A stretch of 64,000 nucleotides of DNA, taken from assembly GCA_951406725.2 (NCBI GenBank), contig OX597842.1, positions 15,004,001 to 15,068,000 of the forward strand, given 5' to 3'. Positions 53,508 through 64,000 of this stretch are shown in pieces. Both the position numbers and the translations under genes were made by a program. Source of the stretch: Octopus vulgaris (lineage: Eukaryota). The notes under the pieces were generated by a model that saw nothing but the letters and a program-made list of their open reading frames with translations, was not told the DNA's origin and made no database searches. Position 1 is the first letter of the stretch, and each line of letters opens with the position of its first letter.

Positions 53508-55597
53508 GAGCAGAAAGGATGCCGCAAAGGCTCATATGGCTGTAAAGATCAACTAATGATTAATAAAGCCATAACTGAACACAGCCACAGAAAGAAGAAA
53601 GGCCTCAGTATGGCCTGGATTGACTACAAAAAGGCGTTTGATAGCATCCCCCACACATGGATCCTCGAAACACTAGCCATTAACAAAGTAGCACCAACAA
53701 TCATAAAATTCATAGAGCACTCTATGAATAAATGGCAAACAGTCCTACACCTCCAAACAAAAGAGGGACTCATGAAAACCAAAGACATCCCCATTAGAAG
53801 AGGAATATTCCAGGGAGATACGCTCTCTCCACTCCTTTTCTGCTTAGCACTGTCACCTCTATCTGATATGCTAAATAGAACTGGATGCGGATATAAATGT
53901 TACGGCAAAACGATCAGCCACCTTTTATATATGGATGACCTAAAACTATACGCTGCAAATGACAAACAGCTGGAAACACTATTAAAGACAGTTCATGGAT
54001 TTACCAAAGAAATAGATATGAAATTTGGATTAGAAAAATGCGCCAAAGTAACCATGAAAAGAGGAAAACTAGTTAAGAGTAACAACATCACACTAGATGA
54101 AGCAAATGAAATAAAAGAATTAGACCAAAGCCAAACTTACAAATACTTAGGAATCCATCAACTAGATAAGACACAACACACACAAATGAAAGAGAAAATA
54201 AAAAAAGAATATTATAGACGAGTTAGATCAATACTAAACACAGAGCTCAATGCTAAAAACAAGATAATAGGTATCAACACTTTAGCTGTCCCAGTTATAA
54301 GTTACAGCTACAATATCCTTAACTGGACACGAAATGAACTGACCAAAATAGACAGGAAAACAAGAAAAATAATGACAGGATCTAGGATGCATCACCCAAA
54401 ATCTGACATAGAAAGACTATATATACAACGTATAGAAGGTGGTAGAGGCCTTATACAGCTGGAAAACTACTATAAAATAACCACCATAGGACTGCAAAAA
54501 TATCTACTTCAGAAGGAAGGAAAACTGATCCAGATAGCGGCAAAACACGAGCAAAACAAAAAACTGTTCTCAGTATTTAAGGAAGCTGACTAATACAAAC
54601 AAGAAATCATACCACCTAATAAACATGAAGAAGAAGAAGAAGATGAAGAAACAACAAAAGCTATAAAAAAAATGAAATCCAAACTAAAAATAGAACAGCA
54701 ACGAACCATGATAAAACGATGGCAAGAAAAGCCCCTTCATGGTAAATACTGGACTAAACTAAACGCAAAAGAAATAGACAAAGAAAAATCCCAGCAATGG
54801 TTGAGAAGCTCAGGACTCAAAGCAGAAACAGAGGGATTTTTAATTGCAGCACAAGACCAAAGCCTCCCCACCAGAAATTACCAAAGACATGTAATGAAAA
54901 GAAATATTACAAGTAACTGCAGAATATGTGGAGATGGACAAGAAACAATAAATCATATTATCTCTAGCTGCCCAGTCCTGGCTAAGAAGGAATATATTCA
55001 CAGACATGACAGAGTTGGAACTTACATACATTGGAAGCTATGCCAACATTATGGAATAACAACAGAAAAAAAAGATGGTATAGGCACACACCAGAAAAGG
55101 TCACAGAAAACGAGAAAGCAACCATACTCTGGGATATGCCGATACACACAGATAGAGAAATTAAGGCCAAACAGACCAGATATAGTTGTCAGAGACCATG
55201 AAGAGAAAAAAAAAATGCTTTCTAATTTATGTATCAGTACCGGCAGATGACAACGTGTCTCTAAAAGAAATGGAGAAACTCTCAAAATACAAAGACCTGG
55301 AAATAGAGGTAACTAGAATGTGGAATCTGAAAACAGAAACAATTCCTATCATAGTAGGTGCATTAGGCATGATAAAAAAATATTCAGACAAATACATAAC
55401 AAAAACACCAGGACTTACAAACACATATAACATACAGAAAATTGCACTACTAGGCACTGCACACATCGTACGCAGAACACTTTCCATACAATAACCATCA
55501 GAGCATCACAACAAATCACAGCACATACCCAAGGCACACAGAGCTGCTCTCGGTAGTGAAGTGAAAGCACGCTATAAAAATAAAAATAAAACTACTG
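53508..55597 (+). mobile_element. Young 5'-truncated R4/Dong-like non-LTR retrotransposon (RT, CCHC, REL endonuclease)
   Basis: EQKGCR..KDQL, AWIDYKKAFDSIPH, RGIFQGDTLSPLLF, LYMDDLKLY, CRICGDGQETINHIISSC, RHDRV, RPDIVV, EKLSKYKDL; one TAA at 54591 and two A-run frameshifts (55066-55073, 55206-55215). Confidence 0.93.
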
Positions 55598-55678
55598 AAT
55601 AATAATAATAATAATAATAATAATGATGATGGTGATGATGATGATGATGATGATTATAATAATAATAATAATTATAAT

Positions 55679-55713
<35 letters not shown>

Positions 55714-55822
55714 TGATGGTGATGATGATGATGATGATTATAATAATAATAATAATAATAATAATGATGATGATGATGATGATGATGATTATAATAATAA
55801 TAATAATGATGATGATGATGAT

Positions 55823-55856
<34 letters not shown>

Positions 55857-56199
55857 GTAATAATAATAATAATAATAATAATGATAATAATAATGTTCAT
55901 TGTTATCTCTGCAGCTATTTTCCAAGACCCGTCTTTTATATGGCTTCGAGCTCTACCTCTGTGAACCAACGATTTTTTCTTATTACTGTAGCTTGATCAC
56001 ATAGTATCTGTTCCGTTAGTTGAAACAATAACTTTTCTCTACAATGATCATACATACGTCGTCGGTAACCCCTAATTTGAGCTCCATTTTTATTCTACCG
56101 GGCTGCTCTGTTAGTAACACTCCATGACCACAGCATTAGATTGCTTGCTCCGCTCCATCTATGCCGTGTGTGGCGGTCCCATTCTGATATGGAGAGCAT

Positions 56200-59050
56200 A
56201 GGGAAGGAGCAGTGGTAGTTTACTTGATGAGAGACATATAGATGGTTTGTAAGAAGACAATAAAATTAATTGTGACATGATAGATGGGCAAATGGTAATC
56301 TACGACAGAATAAAGGGAAGACTACAGGAGAACGATAGCGACATTATTTCCTACGTTAAAAAAATGTTCATCGATGGAAATTGAGCCAAGAAACGAAAAA
56401 TATCAATGAAATTCTTAAATACATCAGAACAAACAACATCACAGAAACAAATAATTTGATCAAGGCAGCAAGTATTGTTGTAGCAGAAAACGTGGGTGTT
56501 GAGGTCAAGAAAAAGAAACGTAATGGGAGTGACAAAAGAAAAGATCCATGGTGGAAAAGGAGAATATAAGCAGGATTAGACATGCTCTCGAAGGAAATCT
56601 CTATGTTAGACCGAAATAAGATAGGGGAGCTTAAAAGTGAACAAAAATACAGGGCGCTAAAAGGGAAGCATAATATTGAAAGAAAAGGCCTGAAATAGTA
56701 ATGGAGGGATTGAAACAGCACCTCGTTGCAAAGAAACAAAATATGGTAAGATACGACCAAAGAACGAAGAGTTACCACCAGACTAGGTTATTCAGAGTAG
56801 ATCAGAAGAGATTCTATAGAGAAATACAGGGAGAGTATACAGATGAAAACTTGATACCAGATAACAATGAAAGCCAAATGCTTTGGAGTAACAAGGAGCA
56901 CAAGAAGGATGCTGAATGGTTGCAAGAACTGAAACAAACAGTAGTCCGTCCAAAACAGGCAGAAGTAGTCATTTCAGTTCGGGAAGGAAAGGAAATCAAC
57001 AAAAGAATGAGCAACTGGAAGGTCCCGGTACCAGATGGATTTCAAAGCTTCTGGATCAAAATGATCGGCGTAAATCGTGCACGAATAGCTGCACAATTCA
57101 ACACCCTGTTAAATGCCGACCAATAACACCAGTGAGGTTGACATTGGGTAGGACTGTTCTGTGCTTGAAAATCATCGTAAAAAGGCAATACGGTAGAAAA
57201 TTAGAGGCCGATATCCTGTTTGCGACTTATGTGGAAGTTATTGACTGGAATACTCGTAGCGTTTATGTACGAACATCCGGAGTCCTGCTACGTGAACAGA
57301 AGCGTTGCAAGCGTAAGTGCAGATGTACCAAGGATCAAATCCTGATAGCTAAAACTGTACTTAGAGACTGCAAGAGAAGGAAAACTAAGTTATCCATGTC
57401 ATGGATCGACTATCGTGAGACGTACGGGATGATCCCACATTCTTGGATTATGGAATGTATGAACCTATTTGGCATTGCATCAAATGTTGAGCAACTGCTT
57501 GGAAAAAATATGGCGAATTGGAGGACGGACCTGAAAGCATAGAGAAGAGGTTTAGGGACAGTAGAAATTAGGAGGGCTAACTTCCAAGGGGACTGCCTGT
57601 CCCCACTAATCTTTGTTCTCTGATTGATACCATTAACACTGATTCTGAGGAAAGCAAAAGCAGATTATGTATTCAAAAGCCACCAACAAAGAGTTATTTA
57701 TTGATGGCGTCAAACTTTATGGTAAAGATGAAGCCCAGGTCAGTTCGCTCGTTGATACGGTGTATACTTTCAGTGCTGATATAAGAATGAAGTTCGGACT
57801 GAGAAAGTGTGAGGCGTTAGTCTTGAAGACAGGCAAATTTAAATGTATGGACGGACTAACGATACCGTCAAGGAAGATTATGAAGGAGATAGAAGATACT
57901 AGCTATAATTACTTGGATATTTTGGAAATGAATAAATTGATGGAGACGAAAATGACACAAACATTTAAGGTGGAGTATCTGCGCAGACTTAGACTGATCC
58001 TTAAGTCGAAATTAAACACACGGAATAAGATTGAAGCTATCAACACTCGGGCCGTCTCACTGCTTAGATATGGAACAGGGGTGATCGGATGGACAGTAGA
58101 AGAGCTAAATATCTTAGACAGAAAGATAAGGAATTTGCTAACTATTTATAGGACTCTCCAACCAAAAATTGACGGAAACAGACTGTGTCTACCAAAGAAA
58201 AATGGGGAGAAAGGACTTATTGGATGCAAACACAGCATTAGAGCAGAAGAAAAACATAGCATGGTATGTCAAAATGTCACAGAACCGCTATTGTTTGACG
58301 TAAAGTCAGGCATGTGTAGGATGAAATATGGCAAAGATAAAACACTGTACAAGGAAAGGAAAAGAAGGAAACGGAAAATAGAAGGGTAAAGAAAAAAATG
58401 CATGGTCAATTTCATAGGGATGTTAAAGATAAGACAGACAGAGAAAAAAGATGGCTGTGGACATAATGGTGAAAGTGTATGGCATATTACCAGCCTATGT
58501 ACGCCACTAGCCCAGAAGGAATATAACAGACACCACGACAATATAGCCAGACTTGTCCATTGAACAATTTGCAACAAGTATGAACTTAAAGCAAAAATCT
58601 GGTACGACTACAAACCCGAAGACATCATCGAAGATAAAGATGCAAAGATCCTATGGATTTTCATGATTCAGTGCGACGATGAGATAGAGAATAGGAAACC
58701 AGACATAGTCTTAATTGAGAAAGAAAACAAACTATGCTGGATCATAGATATAGCATGTCCAGTTGACAGCAAGGTATGCGATAAAGAAGAGAGAAAATTC
58801 GATAGATATGACAAGGCAGCTCGGGAAGTTAAGCAGTTATGGTCGATGAAAAAAGTAGCAGTAGTACCAATAATTGTGAGAGCCCTAGGAACAGTGAGCA
58901 AAAACCTCGAGAAGTACATGGAATAAATAGGGGATGCAATAAGGGTGGAGCACTTGCAGAAAACAACACTGCTTAGAACCGCTCGAATACTCTGGAAGAG
59001 GTGGTACATTAGCTCACTGGTAGTGAACAGCTGACAACGTAGTACATCCC
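56200..59050 (+). mobile_element. Older R4/Dong-like element, heavily mutated
   Basis: PWWKRR, MSNWKVPVPDG, KDQIL, SWIDY, FQGDCLSPL, FIDGVKLY, RKPDIVLI, WIIDIACP; ends in (AAT)n. Confidence 0.88.
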
Positions 59051-59308
59051 AAATAATAATAATAATAATAATTATTATTATTATTGTCATTATTATTATT
59101 ATTATGTCGTTGAATTGGCAGAATCCTTAACGCAACGGGGGGAAATGATTAGCGGTATTTCGTCTGCTGCTATGTTTTGAGTTCAAATTCAACCAAAGTG
59201 AACTTTGCCATTTATCCTTTCGGGGTCGATTAAATAACTAACCATTACGCACTAGGGCCGATGTAATCCCTTCCACCAAGTCTGAGTTTTTGTTTCCAGT
59301 AGAATACA

Positions 59309-59382
<74 letters not shown>

Positions 59383-59394
59383 ATTATTATTATT

Positions 59395-60405
59395 CAGTAG
59401 TTTTATTTTTATAGCGGGCTTTCACTTCACTACCGAGTGCAGCTCTGTGTGCCTTGGGTATGTGTTGTGATTTTTTGTGGTGCTCTGATGGTTACTCTAT
59501 TGAAAGTGTTCTGCGTAGGATGTGTGCAGTGTCTAGTAATGCAATTTTATGTATGTTATTTGTGTTTGTAAGTCCTGGTGTTTTTGTTATATATTTGTCT
59601 GAATAAGAATTGTTTCTGTTTTTAGATTCCACGTGCTAGTTACCTCTATTTCCAGGTCTTTGTATTTTGAAATTCTCCATTTCTTTTAGAGACACGTTGT
59701 CATCTGCTGGTATTGATACATCAATTAGAAAGCATGTTTTTCTTCATGATCTCTGACAACTCTATATGGTCTGTTGGCCTTAATTTCTATATCTGTGTGC
59801 ATTGGCATATCTCAGAGTATGGTTCTTTCTCGTTTTCTGTGACCTTTTCTGGTATGTGCCTATACCATCTTTTTTCCGTTGTTATTCCATAATGTTGGCA
59901 TAGCTTCCAGTGTATGTAGGTCCCAACTCTGTCGTGTCTGTGAATATATTCCTTCTTAGCCAGGACTGGGCAGCCAGAGATAATATGATTTATTGTTTCT
60001 TGTCCATATCCACATATTCTGCAGTTACTTGTTATATTGCTTTTCATTATAAGTTTTTGGTAATGGAGAGGCTTTGTTCTTGTGCTGCATTTAAAAATCC
60101 TTCCGTCTCTGCTTTGAGTCCTGAACTTCTCAACCATTGCTGGGTTTTTCTTTGTCTATTTCTTTTGCATTTAGTTCGGTCCAGTATTTGCCTTGAAGAG
60201 GCTTTTCTTGCCATCGTTTTATCATGGTCCGTTGCTGTTTGAATTTCATTTGTTTTATAGCTTTTGTTGTGTTTTCTTCTTCGTTTTCTTCTTCTTCTTC
60301 TTCTTCTTCTTCTTCTTCTTCTTCTTCTTCTTCTTCTTGTTCTTCTTCATCTTCTTCTTCTTCTTCTTCATATTTGTTAGGTGGTATGGATTCTTGTTTA
60401 TATTT
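59395..60405 (-). mobile_element. Second copy of the 53508-55597 Dong-like family (3' ~1 kb) with expanded GAA tract
   Basis: CRICGYGQETINHIISGCPVLAKKEYIHRHDRVGTY; same 3' UTR ending aaaactactg(AAT)n. Confidence 0.9.
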
Positions 60406-60462
60406 GTTGTTATTATTATTATTATCATTATTATTATTATCATCATCAACATCATCATCATC

Positions 60463-60499
<37 letters not shown>

Positions 60500-60513
60500 C
60501 CACCATCATCATC

Positions 60514-60545
<32 letters not shown>

Positions 60546-60554
60546 CATGATGAG

Positions 60555-61480
60555 GTGCCATTATTAATCCTTCTGTCTCTTTATTGAAAAATCTCCTTTT
60601 CAACCAATTTCAAGTGTCTTCTGCCTCTGTTCTTTATAAACTGAATGTGCAAATGTTTTTCCATATAACTTTTACCTTACTTGTTTAATTTTACAATGTT
60701 TCTAGAATTCAACTTAAATTTCAGTATCAACTTGATCCTTCTGAAATGCTCCGTCAAAATGGTTTCCTTCATTTCTCTGTTTTTGTTGGTATCTGATTCT
60801 AAAATTCGACAAACTTTTGGTGGATTATTTGATTTCTAGTCCTTCACTCTGCTTTATCTTCCCTCTCTTCAATACTAAATAATACATTTATTCATGATAA
60901 ATTCCATGCGTATGTCACAACTGAAAATACTTACTATGTTCACAAATGAGCTAATTTCATCTCGATTTTTCCTATAAATCGTCCATGTATTGTAGGCAGT
61001 TAATCACTTCCACTCCATTTCCCAAATTTTATCCAGCTTTACCATTTCTCAAAACCATCGACAGAGGTATTAGTATTTACACAAAGAAGTGTGGTGATAG
61101 ATTATCTCCCTGAAATATTCCTCCTCTGATGTTCCACTGTATCCAATGACCTTCCTACAGACGGTAACTCATTTTAGCAGTCTTTGTACACTTTCTACCA
61201 CTCAAAATGACCACATATATTTCCTTATCTCAGTTGGAAGGGATCATGTCATAGGTCTTCTTGTAATCTAGGCAGACCACTCTTAGTCCCCTTAACCTTC
61301 TTCTGCAATTCCTTAATATTATCTTGTCTATTAACACCTAATCTTTTGTCCCACTTGACCTGTGTTTACAACTTTTCTTCTCGTCTGATAAAAATCTTTC
61401 ATAATCTAAAAATGTCTACAATTCTTCAGTTATTACTTCTGTCACCAGTTACCACATGATTGGTAAATGTGTTATTGGTC
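60555..61480 (-). mobile_element. Further degenerate R4/Dong-like RT remnant
   Basis: Minus-strand DEKKSCKHRSSGTKD, VCLDYKKTYDMIP, RGGIFQGDNLSP, KETEGLIMA. Confidence 0.7.
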
Positions 61481-62766
61481 CATTGTTTGAAACCGAATTA
61501 TCCTTTGACGCATCCGTCAACACTAAAATGGTTTTCTCATGTGTCAGTCACAGTGGAACATCCTCCCCTCATTCCGTACAGTGATGCCAGCGGTTACTGG
61601 CCCTTCCTTCATTATCATGCTCGGACACTCAATAAATGCGTGCTCGTCTGACATTCTAGGCACCAGGCAGAGGATTTCAGGCTTCGCTTCACCCAGGACT
61701 GCAGCCTAGTCAAGGAAATGTGCTTCACAGAGTCCACACACGTTCACCGTCAAGAAATCGTTGCAGTTGTCGCAATCTCACCGTGTGTCTGAGCATCAAC
61801 ACCCAGAGCTTTCCTAAGCCGCCATACAGAGGGTAATCCTGCAAACAGCTGGAAGATTTTAAGCAGATTTTCGAGGGTTCACATTCCTCTCATAATGTAC
61901 TACTAGCCCTACACAGTTCTTCCAACCGTCAAATTCTAATCTTGTCTCTTACAAGTAATAAAGTGCGAGATTGAAGAAATCTGTGTTTCCAGCTCCTGTC
62001 AATGTGTAAACCGTGGCAATTCTGAAGGCACTACCCCCGTTGATATACACGTCCAGCACCACCAAGACGACGATTAAGATGACCACCACCACAGCCACTA
62101 CAATCAACGAGTCTGTGCAATATGGAGAGGTTTGATCGAAAGAAGAATTTAGATTGTTGTTGTTGTTGGTTTGGGAAGCAGGAAATTTGGGAAGAGCTTG
62201 CTCTTCCGTGGAATCAGGGAGCAAATATTCCCGCTGCCAATGTTCAGGTGTAGGCGTCCTCAGCTGTTCATGGCGTTGTTGTAGATGCTGTTGTGATGTT
62301 ATCAACAGATGTCACTTCAGTTTCTTCAATTGAGAGTAGAAAGCTGAGTGGAAGGCTGTTGATAGAGAGTTGGTCAGTTGCAGCAACTTCCCACAATATC
62401 TCCATGGAGTCTGACGGGAGAGGAAATGTTGATGGAAAGGAGAACAACATAGGAAGAACATTACACACACACACACCCATGTGTATAAATGTGTGTGTTG
62501 TCTGTGTGTGTTTGCGTGTGTATGCAGGAGCGATTGATGTTCTGTTTGTCTTCGACATTATCACTTATTAAAGCTATAATCTATTATGTTCACCACTTTG
62601 AATTATAATTGAATTCAGTTTCGTAAGTGTAAATATTAATCTGAAAGTGAAATCAAAGATAAAGTCATCTCATGGAAAAGGGGCCAATGCTTGTCCTACG
62701 GAGAATTTGCAATGGGAAAGAATTGACATTTAAGTTTCTGGTATTTTGTATTTTCTTCTTTTACAG

Positions 62767-62968
62767 ATTAATCAACGCCTGAAAATATGTTCCAACAATT
62801 GAAATTGACGTTAGTGTTGATACTCTCTATGAGTTTCTGTTTGGAGTCTCATGCTGCATCAGACATTTGCAGCATTTGTAGCTGCAGGAATTCTCAGACA
62901 TATATAAATTGTTACAATCGGGGACTGACTTCGATCCCGCAACCCATTCCACCGAATGTTGAATATTT
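62767..62968 (+). CDS. First coding exon (ATG 62787) of a secreted or membrane leucine-rich-repeat protein: signal peptide plus LRR N-terminal cap
   Basis: Acceptor ttttcttcttttacag ends at 62766; MFQQLKLTLVLILSMSFCLESHAA signal-like; ICSICSC...INCYNRGLTSIPQPIPPNVEYL fits LRRNT; donor tt|gtaagt at 62969 is phase 2 within the Leu codon, typical of extracellular LRR genes. Confidence 0.85.
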
Positions 62969-64000
62969 GTAAGTATTAGACACTTTCTATTTCCACATTT
63001 AATGCTTTAAATTCTCGTTGGTAATGTTCTGAATACCTCATAATGTTATGTTGGAGTAAAAAGGTCAAATATGTTAACTGCCGTTAAGTCAAGTAAATTA
63101 TTTATCTGTGTATTTTGGCTCATGGAATCTTTAATTTACAATATCCGAACTTTGATTATGTTAGTTTATTACAGCAAAACTCTTTATGGCAAGATTCAGG
63201 GAAAGAAATGTATGAAAACTGTTGCAAAAATCGTTGCATATATTGTTGTTATGAAGGAGAGAATAAAATGGAAGAAATATTCCGATAAATATAATTCTAC
63301 TGATCGATATCGAAATACTGTACTCCAGTTTTACAGTAGACAACCACTAATGGATCTATAATTGATTCTAATGTGAAATAAAATTCATGGATCATACGGC
63401 TGGTTTAAAACATATTACGCGTTCTTTTGTACGTTTTTACTGTGAGGTGGACAATTCAAATTAGTGATGGAACGCGTGGTGTCTGTCAGCCGGTGATGAG
63501 GGCTGTTTGAGTGATTTTTGTGAGAGTTGCTGTGTGCTTAGGATTGTTTTGTGCTGAGGATTGTTTTATGCTGCTTTGCAGCAGTTCTTTGTTTGGTGGG
63601 TGGTACTGACTAACGGAAAGGAAGAGCTACGTGGCAGCAACGGGGAGTCAAGCTTTTGTCGTCCCAAGCATGCTAGAACAAAATTAAATATGTTGCGATG
63701 TAAAATTTCTACAGGAATACTAAGATATGGTAAAGAGAGAAAGGTCAAACGTAAAGTTGACACCACCAGAGGAAGACAAGGCGGGGAGAGAAGATAAAGT
63801 AATAGAGTACAAAACGTTTTCAAAAGAAAAATAAGAGACTTGAGAACGCAACGAAGGAGGAGATGGAAGAATGCCTAAAGGACCTGAAAGAAAACATAAA
63901 GTTTTTTTTATTATTTTACAAGAGGAAAAAGATATGGTTCAGTAGCTGTCACATTTGTCTCCGAAGAATGTGGCAAAAAGATACGCCACAAGGATAGTAG

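Noticed and set aside
53023-53556. Asn/Asp-rich 177 aa ORF (biomineralisation-like), and poly-I/M/H/E ORFs at 46401, 55572-55969 and 60130-60603
   Set aside because: AAT/GAT/GAA microsatellite translations abutting TE ends, with no splice support
61480-62430. L1/Tx1 C-terminal remnant (EHAFIECP on minus)
   Set aside because: Single short motif; too weak to list as a feature
63071-63823. ORFs as next exons of the LRR gene
   Set aside because: No LxxLxLxxN pattern or suitable 72-nt exon boundaries found

Overview
AT-rich, microsatellite-dense eukaryotic DNA, probably from an octopod cephalopod; this is inferred only from the SINE families I recognise. Nearly all ORFs in the supplied track are simple-repeat artefacts. 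The only host gene I can support is the first coding exon of a secreted or membrane leucine-rich-repeat protein (62767-62968: signal peptide plus LRRNT, phase-2 donor). The rest is layered transposon debris: Gypsy pol, a hAT/Charlie-Buster transposase split by a SINE, three SINE families, L1/Tx1, RTE, several R4/Dong-like REL elements in (AAT)n arrays, a non-autonomous Helitron and palindromic MITE-like elements. Standout structures: (1) a young Neptune-type Penelope-like element with an open RT+GIY-YIG frame and ~2.4 kb near-identical inverted arms, inserted in a (TA)n tract of one unit of a ~3.8 kb tandem duplication whose other unit keeps the empty site; (2) minimal hammerhead-ribozyme-like motifs, both in that element and in a short non-coding repeat family (best copy 43101-43135); (3) Dong-like LINEs and one SINE family occupying the same AAT/ATT arrays in opposite polarity; (4) an old multi-block module repeated about three times between 29.9 and 45.2 kb. 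All alignments were done by eye and element boundaries are approximate.
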